This document shows positions 35,048 to 43,851 of a DNA stretch of 43,892 bases, one piece after another. A program made the translations under genes and the position numbers. Position 1 is the first letter of the stretch, and the number at the start of each line of letters is the position of its first letter. This DNA is from Clostridia bacterium (lineage in GTDB: Bacteria; Bacillota; Clostridia; Oscillospirales; CAG-272). The stretch is taken from contig JAFXJW010000054.1 in assembly GCA_017532045.1 (NCBI GenBank), forward strand, positions 1 to 43,892, read 5' to 3'. The notes below the pieces were generated by a model, which saw only the letters and a list, made by a program, of their open reading frames with translations, did not search any database and was not told where the DNA came from.

Positions 35048-35138
35048 CACCCACACCATTATAACACAAATCGGCAGAGGAAACAAGTACTCTGCCGATT
35101 TTTATTTGGTGCGGACAGTCGAGGACGCCTGTCCCTAC
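34716..35138. repeat. Three copies of a 26-nt REP-like element associated with the transposase gene
   Basis: GGACAGTCGAGGACGCCTGTCCCTAC occurs at 34899-34924 and 35113-35138. Its exact reverse complement occurs at 34716-34741. Two copies lie inside the coding sequence and one lies upstream of it. Confidence 0.9.
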
Positions 35139-35201
35139 AATGTTTAGGAAACATCCTTACGAGAAGGAGCGTAAGGGAAAGGCTTTTGGTTGTATCCGTA
35201 T

Positions 35202-37169
35202 TTACGCCTCGGGGGAGACAACACCCTCGCGGTAGGCGTCAAGGAGGGATCGCAGATCCTCCATGCGCTCCATAATGCGGCCTCCGTAGTCGGTATCTCT
35301 GACCAGCATACGGCGGGACATCATCTCAAAGATCACGTCATCGGTGGCCAGAATGTCCCGATTCTCCAGCACGGCGGCCTTTTTACCGCCAAAGGGGGAG
35401 TGGGAAACCAATCGAAGGCCACGGGAGGAGTAAATGAGGGTATAGCCCGCAATACCCGTGCGATCGTGGTAGGCACGGCAGAAGCCGCCGTCAATGCGGA
35501 TGTAGCGGCCGCGAGCCCTTACGGGATGCTCCCCGATGGCGGCTCGGACGGGAACGTGACCGTTGATGATGTGTCCCGTCTGCTCATCCAGACCGAACTC
35601 GTGGAGAATGAACACGGCGGTATCATAGTCCTCCACCAACCCGTAGTAGGGGTTCTTCTGCTCGCCCCACGCCTTGCGATCCGAGACGAAGTACCGCTCA
35701 AAGGTGGTCATTCTCTCCCGCCCAAAGAGGGGGGACTGACGGCCGCACCACAGGTAGTACATGAAGTCCAGGGCATCCTGACCGCCCTCGTAAAAGGCGG
35801 CGCGGGCGGTCTTGTCACAGAAGTCCATGTAGCGCCGTCCCTTGCGGGTCACGCCGTCGAAGGAGGTGACCTCCTCGAAGCTGCCGTCGGGATTCATAGG
35901 AACGCATCCGTGGAACAGAAGATTTCCGTTGCAGACCTTATACAGAGAGCCGTCGTTGTAGAGGAACTCCACGTGGCGGCGGAGAGCCTTACTGTGACGG
36001 AAGGAATGGGTCAGGGAGTCAATGAGGGACTGCTCCGCAGGGGTAAGAGCATAGGGGTCGGCAGGGTCAATGGTGGGGAAATGGCCGTCGTTCAGGGGGT
36101 AGACCTCCCCACCCAGGGTGACGGTGTTGTTCTCGTAATCGATCTGCTCCAGCACCAGCCGATCCTCCATACCGAACTCGGGGTGGCGGCGGATGAGCTG
36201 ACCCTCCAGCTTGAAGAGGATAATGGCGATGGCCTTGTGAGCCTTGGCCAGATTGTCCATGCTGTTTTTGACGTAGTAGGCATCGTCGGGGTTGCGGGGC
36301 ATAAACCAGGTGGAGTCCCGATAGGTCTCCTGGGCAAAGCCAATGAGGTCTCTTAGCGAGATACCGTAGGTCTTCTCCACAATGGACAGGGTGTTGTACT
36401 GGAGCGCCGAGTTCAGCACCGTGGCCACGCAGGCGGGAGAGCCGGCGGCGGCGCCCATCCACACGATGTCGTGGTTGCCCCATTGGATGTCCACGTGGTG
36501 ATGCTCACGGAGCATATCCAGAATACGGTCGGCGTGGTTGCCTCGGTCATAGATATCGCCAACCACATGGAGGCGATCCACGGCCATACGCTTGATGAGG
36601 TTACACAGCGCTACGATGAAGTCCTCGGCTCGCCCTACCTCAATGACCGTATCCATGATATTGCGGTAGTACTCCTGCTTATCATGCTCCTCACCCGAGG
36701 TGTGGAGCAGCTCGTCGATGATATATTGATAATCGGCGGGCAGGGCATCTCGCACCTTGGCACGGGTGTACTTAGATGCCACCGCACGGGAAAGATCCAC
36801 CAGGCGGTAGAGAGTGATGCGATACCAGTCGGGGGATATGACCCCCTGCTGACGAAGCTCCTCCATTTTCTCGGTGGGGTAGTAGATGAGGGTGCAGAGG
36901 GTGCGTCTTGACTCATCCGACATGGTGCGGTAGAACAGGGTGTCCACCTTTTCACGGATAACGCCCGAGCAGTTGTTGAGGATATGCTCAAAGGCCTCGG
37001 CCTCCCCGTGGAGGTCGCTCATAAAATGCTCTGTACCCTTGGGAAGATTGGACAGGGCCTTAAGATTCACCAGCGTAGCGCTGGCCAGCGCGATGGAGGG
37101 ATACTCTGTGGCCAAAAGGCGCAGGATCTTCAGCTGTTCCTTGGTATATGTGGTTTTAGGATTATCCAT
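35202..37169 (-). CDS. fbp: Fructose-1,6-bisphosphatase class 3
   Basis: About 655 aa with FMSDLHGE, VGDIYDRG and GNHD metallophosphoesterase motifs, and the length typical of Firmicutes Fbp. ATG 37169 sits behind GGAGGA. Confidence 0.9.
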   Translation of the reverse strand: MDNPKTTYTKEQLKILRLLATEYPSIALASATLVNLKALSNLPKGTEHFMSDLHGEAEAFEHILNNCSGVIREKVDTLFYRTMSDESRRTLCTLIYYPTEKMEELRQQGVISPDWYRITLYRLVDLSRAVASKYTRAKVRDALPADYQYIIDELLHTSGEEHDKQEYYRNIMDTVIEVGRAEDFIVALCNLIKRMAVDRLHVVGDIYDRGNHADRILDMLREHHHVDIQWGNHDIVWMGAAAGSPACVATVLNSALQYNTLSIVEKTYGISLRDLIGFAQETYRDSTWFMPRNPDDAYYVKNSMDNLAKAHKAIAIILFKLEGQLIRRHPEFGMEDRLVLEQIDYENNTVTLGGEVYPLNDGHFPTIDPADPYALTPAEQSLIDSLTHSFRHSKALRRHVEFLYNDGSLYKVCNGNLLFHGCVPMNPDGSFEEVTSFDGVTRKGRRYMDFCDKTARAAFYEGGQDALDFMYYLWCGRQSPLFGRERMTTFERYFVSDRKAWGEQKNPYYGLVEDYDTAVFILHEFGLDEQTGHIINGHVPVRAAIGEHPVRARGRYIRIDGGFCRAYHDRTGIAGYTLIYSSRGLRLVSHSPFGGKKAAVLENRDILATDDVIFEMMSRRMLVRDTDYGGRIMERMEDLRSLLDAYREGVVSPEA

Positions 37170-37235
37170 GGATTCCTCCAAATGTAGGGTGGTAGGCGGA
37201 ACGGCGTATGGGGGATATAGGACGGAAGCGGAGAA

Positions 37236-38276
37236 TTATTCCTTCCAAGCGGGGATCTCCTCCTTGAACAGCTCGTAGAACTCGGAGTTGGTCACCAGCA
37301 CGATGTCCTCGTCTGCGGCGGCGGCCGCGGCGATGGTCTTGATCATCAACTCGAACTTATCCCAAGAATCGAAGCGATCCAGCTCAAAGCCGTGACCCCA
37401 AACAAAGTACAGCATATCCTCGGTGCAGGGGGCGGCGATGAACTCCTCCAGAAGCGACTGGGCATCGGCATCGCTGACGCTACAGGTGGGATACCACCTC
37501 ATGAAATACTGGGGCAGGCCAAACTTTTTAATACCCTTGTAGGTATTGCGGGTGGTACAGCTGCCGTAACGGATATTGGTGGTCTCCATAACCACGTCGA
37601 TGGTATGATCGGTAATGTCACCGTCGCCGCCGGGCCATGCCACGCCAACGGGTCTATAACCGAAGATCTGCTTCAGGGCGGCAACGTCTCTCGTGATCTC
37701 AGAGGTGACCTGACTGTCGCCACAGCCCTTCAGGGAATAGTGATTGACGGTGTGGCTCTGAACGTCAAAGCCGTCGTAAACACCCGCCACGATCTCTCTT
37801 CTGGTATAGCGCTTGTGGGTCACGTCGGGGCGGTCCGGATATACGACTATACTTTGACCAAACAGACCGGAGCTGATATAGAAGGTACAGCAGTCCACTC
37901 CGTACTTGCGCATGATCTCCATCATACGGGCATCCTGGGTAATACCGTCGTCCATACGGATGGTGATATACTTCTTAGGCGTGCCGTCACGGACGTACTG
38001 GGTCTCGGGCTCGGTGGTCTCCTCCTCGACGGTAGTCTCTTCAACCGTAGTCTCCTCTGCGGTAGTTTCCTCAGCGGTGGTTTCGGCGACGGTAGTCTCC
38101 TCTGCGGTGGTCTCTTCCATGGTGGATTCCTCCTCTGTGGGTTCCTCGATGGTGGTATCGGCGGTCGTGTCCGTAGTCTCAGGGGCGCTCACAACGGGAT
38201 CGCAAGCGGTCATACACAGAGCAACGGTGGACAGGATCAGCAAAAGCGCCGCTGTCAAAAGCAAATATTTCTTCAT
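37236..38276 (-). CDS. Polysaccharide deacetylase (NodB-type) lipoprotein with Glu/Thr-rich repeat linker
   Basis: Signal peptide plus lipobox LCMTAC. Linker (E)ETT(A/V)EETT repeats. Catalytic-domain start ITIRMDDG. Confidence 0.8.
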   Translation of the reverse strand: MKKYLLLTAALLLILSTVALCMTACDPVVSAPETTDTTADTTIEEPTEEESTMEETTAEETTVAETTAEETTAEETTVEETTVEEETTEPETQYVRDGTPKKYITIRMDDGITQDARMMEIMRKYGVDCCTFYISSGLFGQSIVVYPDRPDVTHKRYTRREIVAGVYDGFDVQSHTVNHYSLKGCGDSQVTSEITRDVAALKQIFGYRPVGVAWPGGDGDITDHTIDVVMETTNIRYGSCTTRNTYKGIKKFGLPQYFMRWYPTCSVSDADAQSLLEEFIAAPCTEDMLYFVWGHGFELDRFDSWDKFELMIKTIAAAAAADEDIVLVTNSEFYELFKEEIPAWKE

Positions 38277-38294
38277 GTTCTTTCTCCTTTGGTT

Positions 38295-38729
38295 TTATAT
38301 GGGTTTAATAACGATCTTGAAAAACTCCAGCTCCTCGCCGGAGGGACCTTTGACGAAGGCGATCCGCAGGGTCAGGCAAACAGGATGGGACCTCAGGGGC
38401 ATCTCCGCCGGGGGCTTCAGGGGTGTCGCTCCCACCTCCAGGGCGATGCGGTAGGCCTCGTCTACGTTCTGGGCGGAGAAGGCGAAGTGCAGAAAGGGAT
38501 TTCCCTCGGCGGACGAAGCCGCCTTATCGGTGTTGAGATCGGGTTTTGCGAACAGCTCCACCAGATCCCCGTTTCCCGTATCCAAGAGGGCAATGCGGGA
38601 GTCTCCCTCCCCCCATTGGGTGTAGACCCTCATACCCAGAGCCTTGTAGAAGGCCAAGGACTTGTCAAAATCCTTAGCGGCGATGGCCATGTGGGCGTAG
38701 CCCAGGCCCTTGATGATATCGTTAGACAT
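38295..38729 (-). CDS. VOC (glyoxalase/bleomycin-resistance/dioxygenase) family protein
   Basis: 144 aa. LGYAHMAIAAKDFDKSLAFYKALGM and ...FLHFAFSAQNVDEAY are paired beta-alpha-beta-beta-beta module signatures. Confidence 0.75.
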   Translation of the reverse strand: MSNDIIKGLGYAHMAIAAKDFDKSLAFYKALGMRVYTQWGEGDSRIALLDTGNGDLVELFAKPDLNTDKAASSAEGNPFLHFAFSAQNVDEAYRIALEVGATPLKPPAEMPLRSHPVCLTLRIAFVKGPSGEELEFFKIVIKPI

Positions 38730-38746
38730 GGTTTTCCCTCCCGTTC

Positions 38747-39913
38747 TTACTCCAAACAGGCGTAAACGTCCTGCTCAAAGTGGACAGAGGTCTGAGAGCC
38801 TGCGCCGCCGTCGATCCAGGAGTTCTTCATGTACACAGCCGTGATCTTATTGTCGGGGTCTACCCAGAAGTGAGAGCCGTAAGCGCCGCTCCAGCCGAAG
38901 CAGCCCGGGGGAAGCCAAGGATGGTCTCCCGTGATCACACGGACACCCAGCCCCCAGCGCTCCCATGCGGGCATGATCTCGTAGGGCACCCAGGGGGTGC
39001 GCAGCTGACGGAACAATTCTTCGGGGACAAGCTCTCTGCCGTCGGGGAGCTTGCCATCCCTTACCAGCATCTCGGCAAACTTGACGTAATCGGGCAGGGT
39101 AGAGCAGAGCCCTGCGCCCCCCGAGAACCAGGTCACGGGGAAATCCGAGAAGATACAGCCGGGACAGTCGGGGGCATCCTCGCCGATACCCACGCCCCTC
39201 TCCTCCCTGCGGGTATGGACACGGACGAAGCGACTCCACTGCTCCTCGGTGGGAAGGAAGGTGGTATCCGTCATGCCAAGAGGCTCGAAGATCTCCTTAT
39301 GCACGAAGGTATTATAGTCCATGCCCGAGGTGATCTCCACCAGACGGGCGCAGATATCAAAGGCGGCGGTGGCGCTGTAGAACTGAGCCTCGGTGGGCTG
39401 GAAGTCCAGAAGAAGGGTGGAGAAGTAGTCCACCACGTGGGTCAGATCCTGCCTTTGTTCGGGTGTGCCGAGACCCTGATGGTCTCCGATGGGGCCTGCC
39501 ACCATACCGTTCTGGTGACTGAGGAGCATACGAGGGGTCAGGATGCGCTTAGCGGGCTCTTTAGCCGTCAGCACACCGTCCTTCAGCTCACCCACCATCA
39601 TGTTGGAGAACTCCGGGAGGAAATCCGTAATGGGCTGATCCAATCCCAGCTTTCCCCGTGCCACCTGAATAAGGACGGCCACGGCGGTGACGGGCTTGGT
39701 CATGGAGGCCAGACGGAAAATGGCCTTATCTCCGTTCTCGTCGTTCAGAGAAATATCGGCGGCGAAGCTGGCCTTGCCGTTATACGCCTTATAGATGACC
39801 TCGCCGTTTTGCATGACGCAGAGGCCTGTAGCCCCCACGTGGGCGGCAGCGGTGTCCTCGGCGGTACGTTTGGACAGCGTCTCCCAGAGCTTTTCCTTGT
39901 TCAAATATTTCAT
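38747..39913 (-). CDS. Serine hydrolase, beta-lactamase (class C/esterase) family
   Basis: SxxK motif FRLASMTKPVT. Start at ATG 39913 behind AAAGGAG. Confidence 0.85.
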   Translation of the reverse strand: MKYLNKEKLWETLSKRTAEDTAAAHVGATGLCVMQNGEVIYKAYNGKASFAADISLNDENGDKAIFRLASMTKPVTAVAVLIQVARGKLGLDQPITDFLPEFSNMMVGELKDGVLTAKEPAKRILTPRMLLSHQNGMVAGPIGDHQGLGTPEQRQDLTHVVDYFSTLLLDFQPTEAQFYSATAAFDICARLVEITSGMDYNTFVHKEIFEPLGMTDTTFLPTEEQWSRFVRVHTRREERGVGIGEDAPDCPGCIFSDFPVTWFSGGAGLCSTLPDYVKFAEMLVRDGKLPDGRELVPEELFRQLRTPWVPYEIMPAWERWGLGVRVITGDHPWLPPGCFGWSGAYGSHFWVDPDNKITAVYMKNSWIDGGAGSQTSVHFEQDVYACLE

Positions 39914-40061
39914 GGCGATCTCCTTTCGATCCAACCAAAAAATCCCTAAAGGAATACAGAATAATTGTACCACAAAATCCCGTCTTTGTCAATGGACTTG
40001 GCGCAATCCGCTCCCAAAGAAGACGACAAAAAAGCCGCCCCCTCGGGAAGCGGCTTCAAAA

Positions 40062-40838
40062 TCAGAATCGGGGGCGGGGGCGAATAAGGGCCAGAGAGTC
40101 GATGCGACGAAGCCCCAAGGAATCCAGGAAGGAGGTGGCCTGCGCCTCCAGATCGGAGCGCTCCAGCCATGCGGGACTGTGGGCGTCCCAGCCGATGATC
40201 ACCTGATTGCCCACGGCGGCGGCCTCCTCCCAAAAGGCGGGGTTGGGATAGTTGCGCCCCAGTCCTGCGCCCAGCAAATTGAACTCCAGAGGAACACCGC
40301 AGGCCTTGGCCTCTCGGCAAAGGCGGCGCATACGGGAGCGAAAGACCCTCTCCTCCCCCGTGAAATGGAAAAGATCGGGATGGGCGAAGCAGGAAAAAGC
40401 CCCCGTATGCAGTCCCTCAGCGCACTGATCCACAAGGGCGTCCAGGGTATCTGCGGAGTCAAAGGCCGCGCCCATATAGCGACCACCCACCTCACTGTTC
40501 AGAAAATGCTGTCCCAAAACGAGATACTCGTAGTCGTAGGGCTCCAGCATCCGCAAAAAATCGTCAAACAAGGCGGGAAAATACTCCGCCTCAAATCCGA
40601 TATGCAGGGTGATCCTCCCACGAAACTCCTCCCTCAGCGCCTTGACCGTGTCCACGTATTCAGCGGTCTCCTCGGGCTGCATCCGTATGGGCGAGCGGAA
40701 ATTCTCGTAGGGCATGGGGACGTGATCCGCAAAGCCCAGCACGTCAAAGCCCTGCCTCACGGCGGCCTCCACGTAGGCCCTCTCGCGGGACTCGGCGTGA
40801 CCGCAACGGCGGGTGTGGGTGTGGTAATTGGTCTTCAT
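40062..40838 (-). CDS. PHP-domain histidinol-phosphatase family protein
   Basis: N-terminal YHTHTRRCGHA. 258 aa, PHP-type metal ligands. Confidence 0.8.
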   Translation of the reverse strand: MKTNYHTHTRRCGHAESRERAYVEAAVRQGFDVLGFADHVPMPYENFRSPIRMQPEETAEYVDTVKALREEFRGRITLHIGFEAEYFPALFDDFLRMLEPYDYEYLVLGQHFLNSEVGGRYMGAAFDSADTLDALVDQCAEGLHTGAFSCFAHPDLFHFTGEERVFRSRMRRLCREAKACGVPLEFNLLGAGLGRNYPNPAFWEEAAAVGNQVIIGWDAHSPAWLERSDLEAQATSFLDSLGLRRIDSLALIRPRPRF

Positions 40839-40897
40839 AAAAAACGTGTCTCGATTCTTTCAGATTGATTCGGCTGTGACGGGGAGAGAATCGGAGA

Positions 40898-41629
40898 TCA
40901 TTTCCAATTTTCCACGAAGCTCAGCATGACCTTGGTGGCGGTCTCTGCGGCGGCGGCCAGGAAGGTGGGGTAATCCGCAAAGGCCTGCTCGTCACCGCCG
41001 TCGGAGATGGCGCGCAGAATACCGTAGGGAATACCGTTCACAAAGCACACCTGCCCGATGGCGGCGCCCTCCATTTCACAGGCGATCACGGGCTTCCCCT
41101 CGGCTTCAAAGTTGCCCTTGATGCGGGTCTTGTCGGAGGTATGGCAAATGAACTGATCACCCGAAGCCACAGTTCCTCGCTGATAGGGGACACCCTCGGC
41201 GGTCACGGCGGCGGCCAGCCCATCGGTCACGGCGGGATCGGTGGGGATGTAGATGATATTGATGCCCGAGATCAGCCCCACGGGGTCTCCGATGGGGGAA
41301 GTATCCATGTCGTGCTGGACCACCTGCTCGGCCAGGGCGATCTGCCCGATGGTAAGGGTGTCCGACAGGGTGCCCGCCACGCCGCTGTTGATGATACAGG
41401 CGGGGGAATACTTGAGGATCATGGTCTGGGCGCACATGGCAGCAAAGACCTTGCCGATGCCGCACTTGGCGCATACCACCCGCTTCCCTCTCAGGTCGCC
41501 CCGGACGAAGGTCATATTGCCCACGGTCTCGGTCTCGGTATTCTCCATGGCGGCGCAAAGGGCCTCCACCTCGATCTGCATAGCGCCGATGATCCCGATG
41601 TCGGCCTTTCTCCCGGTTGCGATGTTCAT
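40898..41629 (-). CDS. mtnN: 5'-methylthioadenosine/S-adenosylhomocysteine nucleosidase
   Basis: IGIIGAMQIEVEAL and CEMEGAAIGQVC motifs typical of Pfs/MtnN. RBS GGAGGAG. Confidence 0.85.
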   Translation of the reverse strand: MNIATGRKADIGIIGAMQIEVEALCAAMENTETETVGNMTFVRGDLRGKRVVCAKCGIGKVFAAMCAQTMILKYSPACIINSGVAGTLSDTLTIGQIALAEQVVQHDMDTSPIGDPVGLISGINIIYIPTDPAVTDGLAAAVTAEGVPYQRGTVASGDQFICHTSDKTRIKGNFEAEGKPVIACEMEGAAIGQVCFVNGIPYGILRAISDGGDEQAFADYPTFLAAAAETATKVMLSFVENWK

Positions 41630-41834
41630 GGTATCTCCTCCGTACTGGATAAATATAGGAGTATTGTACCACAGGCATCGGCTTTTGTCAAGGGCGAGGG
41701 GGATTTTTCCCCCGAAGGCTTCCGAGGCGGCTCGGTAGGGATTTCTGCCTCAAATTGGTTACTTTGCCCAAATTGTCGTCCCTGTGTCTATGGTATTTTC
41801 ACGGATATTTTGCAAAGATTTTTTTGAAAATCTC

Positions 41835-41863
41835 TTGCAAATTCAAGAAAAATGTGCTATGAT
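41835..41863 (+). promoter_or_regulatory. Sigma-A type promoter for rpsT
   Basis: TTGCAA, 17 nt ending in TGC, then TATGAT. Confidence 0.65.
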
Positions 41864-41951
41864 ATAGGAGTATATGTGTGGCCTTACCACATACCCTCTC
41901 AGATGAGGTAAGGTTGGAGCATAAATTTATGCTATAGAGGAGGAAAAACTC

Positions 41952-42218
41952 ATGCCTAACATCAAGTCTGCTAAGAAGCGCGTGAAGGTGACCGAGACCA
42001 AGACCCTTCAGAACAAGATGTTCCGTTCCCAGATGAAGACCGACATCAAGAAGTACCAGGCTGCTCTGGCCGCCGGCGATATGGCTGCCGCTCAGGAGCT
42101 GTACAAGGCCGCCGTCAAGAAGATCGACGTGGCTGCTTCCAAGGGCATCATCCACAAGAACGCCGCCGCTCACAAGAAGAGCGCTTTCACCAAGGCTCTC
42201 AACAGCCTGAACGCTTAA
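41952..42218 (+). CDS. rpsT: 30S ribosomal protein S20
   Basis: MPNIKSAKKRVKVTETKTLQNKMFRSQMKT. 88 aa. RBS GAGGAGG. Confidence 0.95.
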   Translation: MPNIKSAKKRVKVTETKTLQNKMFRSQMKTDIKKYQAALAAGDMAAAQELYKAAVKKIDVAASKGIIHKNAAAHKKSAFTKALNSLNA

Positions 42219-42240
42219 TTGTCAGCACAAACCAAATGAA

Positions 42241-42274
42241 AACACCGCTTCGGTTTCCGAAGCGGTGTTTTTTC
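42241..42274. terminator. Bidirectional rho-independent terminator
   Basis: AACACCGCTTCGG ttt CCGAAGCGGTGTT followed by TTTTT. A-rich upstream. Located between convergent genes. Confidence 0.9.
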
Positions 42275-42286
42275 GTAGAAGATCCG

Positions 42287-42913
42287 TCATGCGTCCTTGG
42301 ACTCGATGATGTACACTCCGCCCTTCTTGACCGAAATGAAGGCCACGTTCCCCGTGATCTCGTTGGACACGGCGAACTGGTTGCGGCGGTAGAGGGTAGC
42401 CCTCTTCAAGGGGTATTTGCACCCCTCGATGTCCACCCCCTTCACGGTCTCGTCGGCGGCGATCACGGACAAATACTTGTAGTGACTGCGAGCGATGAGG
42501 GTGGAGGAGGAATTCAGGTAGCGGGCGCGGCTCTGGCCGTCGGTGACGGTGCCGTACACCCCCATGCTATAAAGATCCTCCAGAACAGACAGGGTGGACA
42601 GGGTGTGATCCAGCCGTCCCGACAGACCGCCGACAATGATGATATCCTCGGCGCCCCGCTCCACGGCGATCTCCACCGCCATCTGGGTGTCGGTGAAGTC
42701 CTTCTCGGCGGGCACTTGGCGGATCTCCATTCCCTCCTCGCGGGGAATATCTCCGATGGAATCGAAATCCCCCAGCAAAAGGTCGATGCGCTCCCCCAGC
42801 GCGCGGGCGGTATGGTAGCCCGCATCGGCGGCGATCGTGATATCGTCGGCCTTGGGATGCTCGGTGATGAATTCGACGCGGACAGCGCCGCCTGTGTAAA
42901 TGAATGCGCGCAT
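42287..42913 (-). CDS. thiN: Thiamine pyrophosphokinase
   Basis: MRAFIYTGG..., IAADAG and LLGDFDSI motifs. Start at ATG 42913 behind AAAGGAG; the listed extension runs into the tRNA. Confidence 0.85.
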   Translation of the reverse strand: MRAFIYTGGAVRVEFITEHPKADDITIAADAGYHTARALGERIDLLLGDFDSIGDIPREEGMEIRQVPAEKDFTDTQMAVEIAVERGAEDIIIVGGLSGRLDHTLSTLSVLEDLYSMGVYGTVTDGQSRARYLNSSSTLIARSHYKYLSVIAADETVKGVDIEGCKYPLKRATLYRRNQFAVSNEITGNVAFISVKKGGVYIIESKDA

Positions 42914-42989
42914 GGCAGTCTCCTTTGGTTGGAATGAGGGCCGCAGAGGATAAAAACAAAATCCCCAAGGCTTGCGCCTCGGGGGTATT

Positions 42990-43081
42990 TGGCGGAGAGG
43001 GAGGGATTCGAACCCTCGTTGGGGTATTAGCCCAAACACGATTTCCAGTCGTGCGCCTTAGACCAGCTCAGCCACCTCTCC
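42990..43081 (-). tRNA. tRNA-Ser (anticodon GGA), CCA encoded
   Basis: Minus strand reads GGAGAGG-TG-GCTGAGCTGGTCTAAGGC-G-CACGA-CTGGAAA-TCGTG-long variable arm-GAGGGTTCGAATCCCTC-CCTCTCC-G-CCA. 92 nt with a cloverleaf and long extra arm. Confidence 0.92.
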
Positions 43082-43108
43082 AAGATGCCGCGTGCTGGCG
43101 ACTGGACT

Positions 43109-43137
43109 ATGATACCATAATTTTTGAGGTTTGTCAA
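43109..43137 (-). promoter_or_regulatory. Sigma-A type promoter for tRNA-Ser
   Basis: Minus strand: TTGACA, 17 nt ending in TGG, then TATCAT, about 27 nt upstream of the tRNA 5' end. Confidence 0.7.
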
Positions 43138-43193
43138 GAGGTTTTGAAAAAGTTTTTTTGTTTTTTCAAAAATTCTTTTTCCCACTGTGTATT

Positions 43194-43736
43194 TCATCCC
43201 ACAGCCCTCCGCGCGGCCTCCAGCAAGGGGGAGGGATCCTCGCAGAGGACTAAAAAGACCCAATTTCCCTCCACGGCCACCCGCCCTCTCGATGCGGCCT
43301 CCCCGTGTTCTCCCCCCGCAAATCCCCGTGACAGGGTGTCCAGCCGCCCTCGACACAGGTCGGCCAGCTCCTCTGCCCCGCTCCCGTCGGCGCATCGGAA
43401 CACCCCCAGCTCACAGGGATACGGCGCTACGGACAGGTAGAGAGCGGCATCCTGTACAAGAGGGCCTTGGGCCTCCCCCGCGGACAGCAGTCCCCTCCCC
43501 GCCTCACCGTACAGGGCGGAAAAGAAGGCTTCGGTCAGGCGGCTGGGAGAGTCGGGCGGGGCGACCGTCAGACGGATCACCCCCTCGGGAAGGGGCTGGG
43601 CGGTGGTCTCGGCGGCCGTCACCATGGCGGTCAGCACCGCCGAGGCGGGCGGGGGAGGGGTCGCCCGTCCACAGGCGGACAGAAGGAGGACAAGGACAGC
43701 CATCAAAGCAAGGAGCAAGGAACGAATGGAGCGCAT
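43194..43736 (-). CDS. Lipoprotein of unknown function (possibly DUF4358-like)
   Basis: Start at ATG 43736 behind AAAGGAG. Signal peptide MRSIRSLLLALMAVLVLLLSAC with a lipobox. Confidence 0.65.
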   Translation of the reverse strand: MRSIRSLLLALMAVLVLLLSACGRATPPPPASAVLTAMVTAAETTAQPLPEGVIRLTVAPPDSPSRLTEAFFSALYGEAGRGLLSAGEAQGPLVQDAALYLSVAPYPCELGVFRCADGSGAEELADLCRGRLDTLSRGFAGGEHGEAASRGRVAVEGNWVFLVLCEDPSPLLEAARRAVG

Positions 43737-43803
43737 GGAATCTCCTTTCGGCGGGTTTTCCCCCCATTTTATGCCCCTCCCCACAGAAATATCCCCCAAG
43801 GTC

Positions 43804-43832
43804 TTGCCAGAACGAGGATTTTGTGGTAGAAT
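43804..43832 (+). promoter_or_regulatory. Candidate sigma-A promoter firing rightward into heptamer array 3
   Basis: TTGCCA, 17 nt ending in TGG, then TAGAAT. The array starts about 20 nt downstream. Confidence 0.5.
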
Positions 43833-43851
43833 ATGATAAATTGAGGTTTGT

